Under the pieces are notes generated by a model that did no database searches, was not told the origin of the DNA, and was given only the letters and a program-made list of their open reading frames with translations. A stretch of 64,000 nucleotides of DNA, taken from Haplodiscus bocki. Lineage: Eukaryota. This document shows positions 1 through 13,737 of the stretch, one piece after another (the first letter of the stretch is position 1; the number at the start of each line of letters is the position of its first letter). The position numbers were made by a program, and so were the translations under genes. The stretch is from assembly GCA_965655095.1 (NCBI GenBank), contig OZ296658.1, forward strand, positions 24,738,001 to 24,802,000. The letters run 5' to 3'.

Positions 1-700
1 TCGCTTCGCTCAAAGAAACTTACCCAGAGCTGGCAAGTAGAATTGAATATTTAAGTTTTTGATTCTCGGACATATGGGAATTAAAATTCCATCTCGGACT
101 CGTGGGAAGACAGACACCTACGGTTTAACACAAAATGTGAACGAGCTAAGTGGAAAAGACTACAGAAACTGCTTGTATCAAACCGAGTAATTCCCTAGGA
201 CATAAAACTGCTGTACTATAGTAGTGCTGGAAAGAGATCGTCTCTTAGCATACTGAGACGTTAATTAGCCAATAAAAATGTTATTTGTTCTCTATGTGAA
301 ATTTATTTTGTTGGCAATCAACAAACTTTTGATAGTTTTAGATTTTGGAAATTTTAGCCAGTTTCAGTAATATTATCCTGATTCCGCTACTGACATATTC
401 TGGTCGTGAAAATACCGAATACAAAATATCTGCATATTACTGCTTTGCTTCCATTAACCTTAATTTGAAACATTTATTTTGAAAAGCGTAATCAATTGTG
501 GGGAACCGTTTGAGCATGAATAATTTCTGAATGAACCATCTTGTAAACCGTGAATAATGGAAATGTTCAAATTGTCCAAAAATGGTATTTTCTACCATTG
601 ACCAACATCTATTGTTAACTAGACGACAGTTCAAGAAACTTTTGTTTCGTTACTAATTTAAAAAAAATAACCGAGTTTGTTTCAAAAAATTGATCTCTGA

Positions 701-979
<279 letters not shown>

Positions 980-1399
980 TAAAGTGACTGAAACCTGCAT
1001 TTTCGAATTTTTTTCATGTCATACTTTTTTATAAACTTGAAAAATTCAGCATCAAATGCTCGAATTTGTTCTTTTCTGCATAGTTTAAGCCAAGGAAAAT
1101 CAGTTCAAAAACAGGGTCAGAGGTCAAGATAAACAGTTTCGAAAATTGCAAACTTGCGGTAGAATCATAATTTTTTTTTCTTGGTAATTATGTGAGGAAA
1201 ACACTTCCATCATCCAGTATACCTCACAGGGCTTACATTTGGAGTCTTTCTGTCGTGTTCAGACCAAAAAAAATCGTTAAAAGCTAATGAAATCATGTAA
1301 AGTTTTGAATACCCGATATTGCGTTTTGCTAGCAAAAGCAATTTTTGTCGTTTTTCTTGAAAAATTGAGGAGAAACTCAGGATTGTCTCAGTTAACAAA

Positions 1400-4300
1400 G
1401 CTTAACGTGAGGCCAGTTGGTCTTGCTCGGTCATGATTTGATTGAGCTGATGACCGACTACAGATGATATAAGGTACTGAAGATAGCAGAACAAACATTT
1501 GGGGAAGAAGCATTTGTAGGTGTCCTTGTTAGCTAAACCCGAAGATCAAAACTTTGATGACCCTTCCGATCGCGTTATCGAATGCGACAACTGCCAGGGA
1601 CACTACTGTGCGAAATGCCTCGATATGACACCCTCCGGGTATGATAACATGACGAAACCCTCTATTATTTGTTCTGAGCCTTGCGCATCATTGGTGAGGA
1701 AGCTCATGAATGACAAAAAAGACCCAGTAAAGTCGCCGAACTAATGGAAAGTATGAGAAACCACCTTGACTGAACGATAAACTCAGTGAAGACGACTTCT
1801 ACTTGTTAAGAACGGTTAATCAAAAACTGAATCTGAGCGAAATCAAACGTGGTAACACTGAATTTAACGCATGGAAAACGGTACCACCTGTTGCAAAACC
1901 GTCGAAGGACATACTACTCGAAGCTGGAATTGAACAGGAAACAGAAGACAAGATGAGACGCAAAAAGAACCTGATCATCAACAAAGTTCCCGAAAGCAAG
2001 TCAATTGATACCTCAAAGACATTAGAGGACATAAGGGTTGTAGAGTTCTTTTCGAGGCAATCGGTTGTGACTCTCCAAAAATCAAGTACTGCACTAGGCT
2101 AAAGGAAAAAATTTGAACCGTGTGAAGGTGTACCTATAACCAAGTGGCGACCAATAATGATAACACTTGCCAACGAAAGAGAGAATGAGGAATTCATGAA
2201 AAACCTTAACAAACCGAAGGTGTTGGGTCCAAGCATCAAGGCATTTCATGTGGTACCCGACCGTAACTTGAAAAAAAAACGAGAATCAATTAGATCCCTT
2301 GTGAATCAGTTGAAAAACCTTAACTCCAAAATTCGTGCTCATAGTGCGAGTGAACCAAATCTTGAGGGTGAAAGGCGATTTACCCAGGTAAACCATTTAA
2401 AAGAAATTTTGAAATGTGGTGCACCAACGTAAGTACAATGGCAGTGGATGAATTGAATGAACAAGATGATGTGACCCAAAGCTCCCATCCTATACCAGAT
2501 GTGATACCTATAACATACGGTAAACCTAATGACTCAACGCTTTGCTGGATCTCATTATGGTATAAAATTGCTACAAGCTCCTCGGCAAACATGCAAGAAG
2601 GCATATGCTCTCTGCCCGCACCGACTGACATCACATCGAAGCTAAACCGAATTTCGACTACACGGAACTATTCCATCTCCAAGTCAAAATGTCAGATGAA
2701 CTTGTTGACTTTACCCTGGTCTATGGACGACTAATTTTTTGCCGAAAGCAACAGCAGGTTTACTTATTTCATCAAAAACTCCGCCGAGAACAACCAAAAA
2801 CTGATATTGTTTGGAGATTTTAACTATCCGGATATTGATTAGATCAATTACAGTACTGTGTATGACAAATCCGGTAAAGATTTTTTTCTTGAAAGTCAAA
2901 GATGCATCTCTCGATCAATACGTCCGTGATGCAACGCTGTCCACCAGCCGTCGCTCCCTGACTTGTTGACAAACCAAGCTATTATTTCCTAATCCGTGGA
3001 AGTCAAACCACCCTTTGCAAAAAGTAACCACGCTTTGATTGAGACAGCATTCGACTTCAGGTTGGAAGCCGGAGAGAAAAGGTTAAATTATCAGCAAGCT
3101 GAGTTTGAATCGATCGAGCTGTCATCCTTGAACGGTTAACTCAATTGACAGACGAATAGTGCGCTAGATGGCTGAGATAAATTGAGATTGGACCTGGATG
3201 CAGTTATGAATAGCACGTGCCGAAGATAACTATAAAGGTCGAGAAAAATATCGCCACTTTCCCCTGAAATGAGGATGGTCATCAAAGAGAAACGAAACTT
3301 TTGGATAAAGAACTTCCGATGTCGCTCTCTAGAAATTAGCCAACATTTCGGAAGAAGGTACGCAAGCTCACTAGATTGAAGGCCAAGAACTACGAAAGAG
3401 ATATTACCAGCCTATTAGAAAACAAACCTAAACTTTTCTGAACTATGGTAAAGAGAGCAAAGTCAGTGGAACCGATCCCATCACTGAAGTCAGTGGAAGT
3501 GACTGCAACCAAAGAACTGGAGAAATGTGAAGATCTATCGAAGTTTTTCAGCACTGTTTTCACCTGTGAGCCATCTTAATATAGGGAGATGGGAAACCCG
3601 GTAACTGTTCAAATTTCTTTGGAGCTATTTTTCACCGGAAAACAGTTCTATTGTATTTGAGTGAACTAAATGTCAACAAATCGATAGGACCAGACAATTT
3701 AAGTGCTCGTGTCTCTTTCGAACTGAGACATGAAATATCGAAACAACTCAACGTTCTTTTCCGGCTGTCTTGCTATACGGCTGAAATCCTTATTGACTAG
3801 AAAAAGGCCAATATATCAGCTATCTTCAAAAGGGATCCAGTTGTGACCCAGACAATTGCTGCCCCTTAAGTCTAAATGCGATCTGTTGCAAGATCATGGA
3901 GACAATCGTCCGAGAAAACTTGTAGAGGTTTCTGAATGTCCAAAATGTACTGAGCACAAAAGAGTGTGGATTTCTACCAAGTAGATCAACCACATTCCAG
4001 TTATTGAAATTGGTAGACGATTTGACACTTGCTGTGGATCGAGGAAGATAAGCTGACATAATCTACCTGGATTTCCAATAGCATTCGATAGCGTACCTCA
4101 TCGAAAATTGATACACCCCCTCAAACAATATGGCATTGTTGGCAAAACCGCCAATTGGTTAAAAAATATTTGACCCATCGAGAATAAAGGACTGTTTTGA
4201 AAGGTTTGCCTTCAGAATGGAAAGCTGTCATTAGTGGCCTACCGCAAAGTTCTGTCCTAGGTATAATCTTGTTTATCATATATGTCAATTCATTACCCCA

Positions 4301-5210
4301 GGCTGTTACATCCTCTGTATACCTCTTCGCGAACAATGCTAGTTTTTGCCGAATGCTTCACAGCAAACATTCTTTGAATGCCCTACAAAAGCACCTGATT
4401 AACTTAGCTGAATGGTCAGAAAAGCCCCCTGAAGGAAGCCGCAACTCACTGGAAGATCACCAGTTCACGTTATATGGTAGACCATTGAACAATGTGACAA
4501 CTGAAAAGGTATGGGAGTCGCTACTGACAAAAGGTTGATTTTCAACAAGCATATTACCGGCTCAATGAAGAAGGCAACTGCAATGCTCGCTCTAATCAAG
4601 ATGAGTTTCCGGTACCTTCACGTTGAAATATTCAAGACGCTCTACAGAGCCATAGTTCGCCCTCATCTGGAATTTACTAATCAAGTTTGGTACCCAACAC
4701 TGAAAAAAAACGGACTGCTATTGAAAATGTCCAGAGGCGCGGCCAGATTTTGCTAACGCTAATAGGAATGTCGTACTGCGAGAGACTGAAGATGTTAAGA
4801 ATACCGACACTTCAGTAAAGAAGACCAGGCAGACTGATTGAAGTACTCAAAGTTCTCAACAACTGGTAAGACTCAACTGCAAGCCAAAGATTTCTCGTCA
4901 AATTCAAGACACTAGGGAAAGCTCCCACTAGCTGATAGTTTAGAAAGCCGCAATGGAAGTCGGGAAACGATCATCGACGATAGCAGCTTTAAACGACTGG
5001 AACTCATGGCCTATCAATTTCGTAGGAAGCGCAACCCTTGAAGCCTTCAAGTTTAACCTTGACATATCTAGGCGGAGCAGAAAATTTGACATCAACATAG
5101 TGACCTGATGGAGATGGACAAACACGCGCGAGCTGGTCAACGAGGCACTTGCCTGAAACCTGAATACCTGACCTGACCTGACTTTCTAAATACGTCAAGT
5201 ACAAACTACC
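1400..5210 (+). mobile_element. Decayed near-full-length CR1/L2-group LINE in the copine intron
   Basis: ORF1 remnants: PHD-like IECDNCQGHYCAKC (~1575-1620) and RRKKNLIINKVPES (~1955-2000). ORF2 remnants: APE GDFNYPDID (~2812-2840); RT motifs KSIGPD, KKANISAIFK, YLDFQxAFDSVPH, SGLPQSSVLG, LFANN (from FADD), LYRAIVRPHLEF. 3' (ACCTG)n-like tail at ~5151-5183. Many stops and frameshifts. Confidence 0.9.
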
Positions 5211-5629
5211 TAGGCCACCACAGGACTCCCGATGGATTTCAACGGTACTATTCGCATAATCACAAAGGAACTGGAGATGGATTCAACGCCGAGGTGCCAA
5301 AATATACTGTTTTGAATACAGCAAAATCTTGGTAATAGTCGCAATGAAGTCTTATTATAAAAGTGACTATTTTTCTCGTTTTTCTGAATGACTGGAGAAA
5401 AAAAAGTCGGAACGTTTCTGATACCTCACAGAACTTGAAATCAGGTCCCTTTGTCTGGGTACGCATCGATAAAGTTGGTAACCAAAGAAAAAATCCTTTT
5501 AACACGTTTCAGTTGAATAATGTGTATTGAAACCGACTGAGGTTTAGTTTTGTACTCTGTTCGAAACTTGCGGTTTTGACGTCATTGGATTATCTAGTGG
5601 TGTAGTTCAAACGGTCAACAATGACCCTT

Positions 5630-6900
5630 TTCGAGACATTTGGCAGGTACTTCTCTGTATATGCGTTCTAAACTGCCAAGTTTCGTCAAACAACGGCGTC
5701 CGAAAAAGTTCGCGTTTGACTCATCATTTTTCGAAGAGACAGTGTTACAGGTACTAATTCCGTTTTGCCTTGTAACCATTGGGCTGTAAAGTGGCATAGC
5801 CTGAAAAAATATGACCGACAGATCAAAAGCTACAGTACGAGACACTGCTACAGCTACTTGTCTCTTCGAATTTTTCAAACAAACTTTTCATTGATGACTG
5901 TTTTAGTAATTCTAATATTGTCAATCACATCTCCTATCATACATTCAAATGTCTGTCAAGATCATTTATTTCTACTGTAAACATTTGATCTCAATTGGCC
6001 ATTTAGAATGTGATGCGAAGTTCCGCGTCGCCTTTGTGTTGAAAACTGCAAATACTTTCTCCCCCAAGCCAAGGTCACTATTTGTTCTTCGACTGCAAGT
6101 ACTCGTTGTGATTGATTGAAATATTCTCAAATTTGTCAATTTAATTCACATCTTATTTAACTTTCTTTACACATTCTAACTGAAAGGAAGAATGTGTATT
6201 AAAATCGGCTTGATGCTTAGTTTTTTATCTTGCCTAAAATTTGTATTTTTTGACGCCATTAGAGAGTGTAGTCATCTAAAGTAAATGGTCAAAAACGGCC
6301 TCTTTTTGGCAGGTACGTGTTCATTTTCGCGCTGTTTGCTGTGCAAACTGCTTTGACATTGGGCAGCAAAGTGGTGTCTCCTGAAAAGACATAACTGTAA
6401 TATCCATTTTTTGATTAGGACACAGTATGGCGGGTACTCATATTTATTTGCGTTTTTTTTCTTAACAAACTTCCTAAACATTGGGCGGAAAATGGTGTGA
6501 ACTGAAAAGACATGACTGACGCATCAATTTTCTGCTTGAAACTGTGGTAGGTACTCGTTCATTTTTGAGTTTTTACTGTGCAAAATTGTTAAACATTGAG
6601 CAGGAGAATGGCGCAACTTGAAAGACATGATTAACATATCAAATCTTCGAGTATGAGACCCTGTGACAGGTACTTTTCTCCATTTGACCTTTTTTGAACA
6701 AACTCTTGATTGACAGCTGGAAAAATTTTTGCTGAAAAAGCCAATCACCTCCCCGATCATGGTTTCAAATGTCTTTTGGTATCCTTGATCTCAACTGACA
6801 AGTCAGTATTGTTGCGAAGTTCCGCTTCGCTTCTGTGTTCAAATTTATTCTCAACCAATTTTTTGCAAAAATTCGCTCGTTTGCATTTTTTTCATTCTGA
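5630..6900. repeat. Diverged ~120-bp tandem repeat (intronic)
   Basis: Landmark GGCAGGTAC-like motif at 6308, 6429, 6546, 6665 (spacing 121/117/119), mostly followed by CATTGGGC..TGG..GAAAAGACAT-like sequence; weaker copies at ~5642 and ~5746. Confidence 0.65.
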
Positions 6901-7052
6901 GTTCTCAGCGCTCACTGACTAGCATCCTTGATGCCTATGTTTTTTTTTCAAATTGCACAAGAAGTCACTCCACTTGCTCCGAATGGTGAAAATTCGGTTC
7001 AAGAATAGAAAATTCAAGTATTTTGGAAACCGAAAAGAACGTATCATTTCAG

Positions 7053-7283
7053 TTTGTGGCTCTGCGAGATATCTTCGGCCACCATTTCGACCCGAATCAT
7101 CTTCATCAGTATCAGGATCAACTAGCTCGTCAAGTTTTGGCTGAAGTGCCTCGACAAGTGAAGGATCACCTGAAACCAAAAGGAGTGTACCCTTCCATCG
7201 TGAACAAACTCTTCCAACAAGCATTCCCTCCTTCGGCAGAACAGCAGGCAACTAGAACAAATGAGGGTGTTCCTGCTTTATAG
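7053..7283 (+). CDS. Copine, terminal coding exon
   Basis: Acceptor catttcag|TTTGTG; translates FVALRDIFG...QLARQVLAEVPRQVKDHL...PAL*, continuing RDIVQ|FV in phase 0 and containing the copine LAxxVLAEVPxQ motif; TAG at 7281-7283; AATAAA at 7365-7370. Confidence 0.9.
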   Translation, partial: FVALRDIFGHHFDPNHLHQYQDQLARQVLAEVPRQVKDHLKPKGVYPSIVNKLFQQAFPPSAEQQATRTNEGVPAL

Positions 7284-8027
7284 CACGCTTTGTAAATGTC
7301 AAGAAAAGCATGAATGTGGATGAAATGAATTGTCCGTTTTCGGCATTGGGCTATACGGAGACTGAATAAAATCTCTTTTTTTTCCCGATTTCTCGTGTAA
7401 CACGAGTCTGGAAAATAGTAATAGTAAATGTCTGAACCCGATGACGCACCTAAATTGCATCGAGTACAAAAAAATTAACCAGATACTTGCATCACTGCTT
7501 TTAGTGTAATGGAAATTACAATTCACGCCCATTTTTTTTAACACAAAAGCTTCTCAAAAGCTCAATCCCTAGCACCTTGGATGCCTGTTTCTCAAGGAAA
7601 ACGATTAATTGACTATAAAAACTTGCATGAATATTTATCGGTGAGATTATACATTACTGCGCTTTTCATATTCCACGCAGTGGCTTTTACGTCATTGTTG
7701 ATCAATCTGAAATGACCTAAATTTGTCATTTGAAATAAGTTACAATCTAATTGAAAAGCTATTTCTGATAATCAATTATGTCATGATAGCTATTACGTTT
7801 TTTTTCTAAATATAATGTTTGACCCTCGCTTGATTAGAGGTAAATATAGATTATTATTCTGGCTCAAACAAGCTCTAAATAATTTTGAATGATGAATTTA
7901 TGAAATTTTATGATCCTATGCATAAATTGTTATGATTGAATTTATTGTTGCGAAGAGATACGCTGTTTAGCGGCCTTTAAGAACTAAGCGAGATTGATCT
8001 AATCTGAATGTCTGAGAAAGAAAGTTG

Positions 8028-8525
8028 AAATTGCGGACAGTGGAAAGGAAACTTTGTTTCAGCCAACTTCTTTTTTTAACAAGGTACAAGATTTATGTGT
8101 TAGAGGCTCAACCAATAAGAGTGTTATAAGCTTTTTTTTCCATTCGATCGATCACTGATTGATTAAACGATATCGCGGATTTTTTCTGCTAATTCCCTCC
8201 ATAGTAGGAGCTTAAAATTTTACCCCCCCCCCTCCCCCCTCCACCACGCAGAAGCGAACTCGTCTCTGATTGGCTGAAATTCACTCGCGCATGAGTTGAA
8301 GCATTACGCCGCTTATTATTTCCAATATCCATTACGGTGTCTGTGTGTGTGTGTGTGTGGGGGGGGGGTTAACAGAAAAGATCCGATATCGTTACAGATA
8401 ATCGATTCGGTATGATTGTTGAGAAAAATCAAAAATACTTGTTTATCTGTTAATGGATCTTTATGCACAAAAATCATGTCCAAGAGCTTGCCTTAGGTCG
8501 AACATTTTCCGTCCACCAGCAATTG
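8028..8525. mobile_element. Diverged foldback/MITE-like element with long imperfect inverted arms
   Basis: AACGATATCGCGGATTTTTTCTGCTAATTCCC (~8166-8197) pairs with the reverse complement of GGGGTTAACAGAAAAGATCCGATATCGTT (~8365-8393); similarity continues outward to AATTGC..GTGGA (~8029-8045) versus TCCACCAGCAATT (~8512-8524). Confidence 0.55.
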
Positions 8526-8869
8526 AGGCCTGCTTCAACTGCTGGTCTCAGTATTTTTCAACAGAAATTGTGATTATTCTGTCGTAACCGGGGAGGATTT
8601 TTCGATTCGATTTTTTGAAAATTTGGGGGAACAATTCGCTAATGAGCGTCTTGTATTTCAGCAACCGAATGGCAATAGGAATGGTCGGTCACTTCATCGC
8701 TTATGTTAGAATGAGTGATTTTGTATTTCGGTTTTGTTTGACTTGCATACCCTTACCAACCAAGAGTAACTAAATGCTGGCACCTCCATCACAGATGTAT
8801 TGGGAATGAAAACAAGAGCCGAGGTCGCACTGCGATATTTTCATCAATGTGGTGCATAAGAAAACTGAG

Positions 8870-11150
8870 CGAACATTCAACAAATCACATTTAGAAAAGA
8901 ATCAATTTCGACAAAAGAACATGTCGATGGAGAATTCATGTCGGCGGAAGAATTCAAGCCGATAGCTTCCAAAATTTGAGTCGGAAAATCGACAAAAAAA
9001 TAATACTTGGACATTTTTGCGCGTTCAGCTTATCAATGTTCCAATAAAAAAAACAAAATCACTGATTATTTTTTCTGATAAACATTTGAAAACATATCAC
9101 CGTCAATTCAGACTTCGATAGAAAATTCAAAATATTTTTCGATTAGGACAAGTTGGAATCGAGATTCTCAATACCAAAAGCTTTTTGCCAATTTTGGTCA
9201 ATCTGGTTTCCAATTCTGATCAACAGGGCAATTTTGTTGATATTCGGCAACGAATAGTCCGACTCAAGTAAAAAGCTATCAATTGACACCTTGCCGGAAA
9301 AATGAGCAGTTGGGCTAAAAGAGTTTGAATAAAGGAGCATTTCAGGACTAAAAGCACTTTCTGGCATTTTTGGCCCTTCAGGATTCCACTGCATGGACCA
9401 AAATTAATGATTCTTGATCGCATATTCCAGCAAAAGTAGAAAACTTTGGGCTGAGACCTTCCAGAGAAAACAAGTTATTTTTGCAGAAAGATGATTTTGA
9501 AAACCGAGATGAGTCCAAATTATCAAAACTTCTGGATTCCGTGGCAGGAACGGTATTAATAGTTTTTTAAACGCCATACTCCCTAAAATGAAGAAGCATT
9601 TCCATTCCGCCCTTGGTCGAAATCAAGCCTGTAGTTATGGAGGAAGAAGTAAATTGTTGAGACCTCAAAATTGAGAGAATATTGGCATTCTCGGACTATC
9701 AAGATTCCGATGCGAAGAACAAACTCAATAATGTTTGAATCAAGTTGTCTGTTAAAGAGCGAGAGTTTCAGATTCAGACCTTGAATCAATTCAGCGGTTA
9801 TGGAGAATTTTGTGTTGGATTATCGGAATAAAGTCAAAATTGATAGCAGTTCGGTTTTGTCGAATAATCAAGTTTCCACCGCAAGTAGCGGAATCAATGT
9901 TTTAGAAACTAGAGCACTTCTGCAACTATTGGTTTGTCCATTGAGACCTTGATGAAAAAATTGCAGGTAGTTGCCGAAAAAAAATTCACCTCTTGATGAA
10001 CCAAAAGTAATAGCTCATTTTGGTATATTCGGATGGTCAGAATTCTAATTCAAGGAATCAGTAAACGACTTTCGAATTGAATTCTCCCGCAAAAGTAAAT
10101 AATGTTCGATTAAGGACTCGATAGAAAAAATCAAATTTGTAGTTACGGCGAAGTATGATTTGGAATATCGAAATGAGTCAAAAGTAAAAACACTTTCAAT
10201 TTTTGGGATTATCAGGGTTTGGAGGCAAAGAACAAATTGAATGTTGTTCTAACCAAACCTTATTCTCCAAGTGTAGAGTTTTTGACCTTGATGAAGGAAA
10301 GCAAGCCACTAGTTACCGAAAAAATTAGTATGAAGATCGAGAAATTAAAACTACTAGCATTTTTCGGATTTGTAGGACTATATGGATTTTGTTGCAAGAA
10401 TCAAAATCAACCATTTTCTCATCAATTGTTTCACAAGAGTCTAAAGCTTTCCACTGAGATCACGATGACAGAAATGAAACCCGTAGTTATGGAGAAACAT
10501 GAGTTCAATTATCGGGATGAAACCTCATTAGTAGTATTTTCCGTATTCTTATGATCTGATGCTAGCAACGAAAGCTATGACTTCTTAATCGAATGTTTTT
10601 CTACAAAAATAGGGCTTTCTATTGAAGTTTTGATGAAAAAAATTGAAACTGTAGTTCTGGGAAATTAAAGTTTGAAAATTGAGATGAATTGAACGCTTTT
10701 TTGGAAATTCTGGACGATCAGGAACTTGACACTTGGATGGAAACGAATTGTTTTCTAAAAAAAATCTTCCTGTAAAAGTATGAAGTTTTTTATTCAGGAC
10801 CTGATGGAAGAAATCAAACCAGTCGTTACTGAGAAAAAAGAGTTTTACCATCGAGATGTATCAAAAGTGATATCACTTGTCGGAAATTTCGGACTGTCAG
10901 GACTGTGGTGCAAAGCACAAAACCACTAATTTTTTCAATGGAGTACTCCGGTTTCTTTATATTTACAAAGATTCTGATTGAGACCAAAATGAAATAATTG
11001 AGTTTTGTATTTTTGAAGAAAAAAGTTGCAGCTTTAAAAAAGTTCAATATCATTGGCGTTTTTTGGTATTTCCTTAAATTGGGGATCACAGAACGACTTG
11101 TTTCTGAAGAAACATTTTCGAAGCAATTTCTTTGTAAGCCCGGAGTAACT
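8870..11150. repeat. Ancient diverged ~170-bp tandem repeat (~13 units)
   Basis: Landmark GTAGTTAYGG-like motif at 9631, 9794, 9967, 10139, 10309, 10483, 10651, 10822 (spacing 163-174), usually preceded by GACCTTGATGAA..AAAT-like sequence. Confidence 0.7.
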
Positions 11151-11456
11151 AGGTAACAAAAAATTGATGCCTAAAAACTGAAAAACAATTCAACTGTTTA
11201 CAACTTTTATTGATTTTTTAACTGATTCATAAATTTTAAACTTTTTTGGCTTTTTTGGAAAATCGAAATTTTCTTCGGAAATTTTTGAAAGTTATCGGGA
11301 AATGCCAATTTGCTTCAGTTACGTCAAAAAATAGATACTTTTCGAGAAAAATAGAGCCCACTTATCAAAAAACCTTAAATTTTGTCGACAAAACCCTGTT
11401 TTTTGGTATTAAAAACTAAGAATGCATTAACGAGTATCTAAAAATAAATAAAAAAT

Positions 11457-11548
11457 ATGGCCGACAGCGGGATTCGAAACTGCCACCTTGGTGACAGCAA
11501 CACATATGTAATATTCAAGGCAGTTACGGTTCTGCAATATGCGCGCGG
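11457..11548 (-). pseudogene. tRNA-derived fragment / SINE head
   Basis: Minus strand reads ...AAGGTGGCAGTTTCGAATCCCGCTGTCGGCCA, resembling a T-loop/B-box and acceptor 3' end; the 5' half is degenerate and no intact cloverleaf is visible. Confidence 0.4.
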
Positions 11549-12129
11549 AAAAGACTGCGCGTCATGGGCAGTTTCAGGAAAAGGAAGAAAACTCTGACTA
11601 CTGAATTGAATATTTTCCTTTCGAATTTTTTTTCGACGGAAAATAACTAACCTCAACTAGTCAGTTTTAGTCTCGCTTTAGTTTTTGTGAACAGGCCTTT
11701 TTTACACCCACTAAATTGTAACGCTGTCATAGTTGTACATAAATTTTACCTCAATCTGTCAAACAACCTTTTCAATCATAAAAATGGGATTGTTGTGCAC
11801 GTGAGCTTCAATTAGATAAGATTTCGATTGCATGTAAGCAAAATCAAATAGGTAGCTATTTGTTGGCATGTAGGCGTCAAAAAAATGTTTTTATTTTGGT
11901 CATGATCTACAGTTTTTGATAGCCGGTACTGATTTTTGAACTAATGCTGGAAAATGTTCGCTTTATTTGTACCCGAGTCTAGTTCATTGGTATTAAACAG
12001 AATTGATTACCCATCGAACTCAATCGATGCAAAATTGATTTGAAATCATTTTGTAAATATTTTCTCACAATTTTTCACGCTTACGGAAGCACTCACTGGA
12101 GTTTTTCGCTTGGGGAACAGTCTTTGATT

Positions 12130-13045
12130 TCTGTACATGTACCAGTCAATCTCACGATTTCAACTTCAGGTCCTTGTTGAAGCTCTGGCAACAGCAACAA
12201 TGTCATTTTCCTTGAACTAATTAGTCGCGGTTCGATTTCTAACCCTCATCTTATAAATGTGGGAGGACACTTCTGTTACGTAGAAATGGTGAAAAAGATT
12301 GTTTCAATCACTAAAGACTAAGTTCCTCACGGCCTGTTGGGAGTAAATTTTGCAAAAAGCTTTGCAGTGCAGGGTCTACGGATATTTTGAAAATCTTGAC
12401 CTGTTCAATTCTAAGCAGTTTGGTTTCAGGAAGCAACAGTACTATTGGCTGAATTTACTGATTGAATCAGACAATCGCTCTGGGCGCTCAGTAATTTTTC
12501 TCTGATTTGAAAGGGGCCTTGAGTACTCTGAGTTATCAGATACTTTTACGTCAACTGATGAGTTACGGCGTGAGAGTTGCTTTTGAATGATTTAGTTGTT
12601 TTTTTGATCAAATAATATGCAGTACTTTCAGGTAAAAATCATCGAGTCAACATCTGAAAGTCTAAACTGTAATGTCCTCAAAGATCAATTTTAGGCCCTT
12701 TACTATTCCTTATTTAGGTCTACGACCTACCCTTAGTGTGCAAAAGTACGAAACTGTTTTTCCCAGAATGACACTCCCATTAAAGCTATTGAGCGAAATC
12801 AATATGATGTTCAAAGTGACCTAACCTGGGTTAATTTTGGTTAGATGTAACAAATTGTCATTTAATGTCAAGGCAGCAGGTGAACCTTATTGGCTGAAAT
12901 GTTTGCAATTTTTCTATGAATGGATTACTTTTCAAACGAAACATGTTTGCCCTGTCCAAATATAAGGCACTGGGACGTCTGTGTAGGTTTTAACCTTTTC
13001 CAATAATCATTTTTAGGATGAAAATTGAACACAGTTGCAATTGGT
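12130..13045 (+). mobile_element. Decayed non-LTR retrotransposon RT fragment (CR1/L2-like)
   Basis: Translates to SKQFGFRK, DLKGA(F/L), ILLRQLMSYGVR, PQRSILGPLLFLIxVYDLP and KLSFNVK; heavily frameshifted. Confidence 0.75.
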
Positions 13046-13737
13046 TGACAGAATACTTGATTGACCCACTGTCGGGCGGGTAACCGGTTGCACTAAGACT
13101 AGACCTGCTCTTGGCTAAATGTGCGGCTGTTGACAGGAGGAAATTCCTTGGATTAGCTGAGTCAAGTCCTCTGGCTGGTTTGTTGTTGGGGCAACGTAAC
13201 TCCCTATTCTTTTGTTGACGTCCTCCTGAGTTTGGATACGTGCTCCGTTTTCGCTATAAATGTCATTTTCGAGAACGCTCATGGCGGGGTTTTTTCTGAA
13301 CTATTGCTTTCAGACATGTTGGTATTCATGGCGGTCTCGTACTACCTTCTATTCCTTTTTACTTGAATTGGGTCAAGATCTAGAATAGAAATTCCAAGAC
13401 TCGGACTGACTTTTGATGACAGAAAATTAGATGAAGTTTTAATGTGTAAAGCAGTGCGTTATACAGCAAAGTCATCGCTTACAAACGTGAAATTTCAAAA
13501 GCAACGTCAAGCTGGAGTGCGTGGTAAAAATTCGAGTTGCTTTGCAATTATCAAAGCAAACGATCGTAAAGGTATTTGCAACTCACCGGATTGCACTAAA
13601 TGTTTGTCGAATCTTGGTGGATTCGCGTGGTCACGTGACCAATGGTAAGAAGCAATTCATACCATCGGCGATATGTCATTGGCTCGCTAGTTGCCGTGCT
13701 GATTTACTAGTCAAAGTGGGAACTCAAGTCCACCACA
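13046..13737. mobile_element. Solo-LTR-like element
   Basis: TG...CA ends, abrupt compositional break from the preceding LINE fragment, and a terminal ~110 bp similar to the end of 18498-19176 (GTCACGTGACCAAT ... TCCACC..ACA). No clear TSD. Confidence 0.4.

Noticed and set aside
1-200. Possible LINE RNase H remnant (ILGHMGIK resembling WIPGHxGI)
   Set aside because: Single short motif at the window edge; insufficient support.
11457-11548. Functional tRNA gene
   Set aside because: Only the T-arm and 3' end resemble a tRNA; no pairing acceptor stem or anticodon arm.
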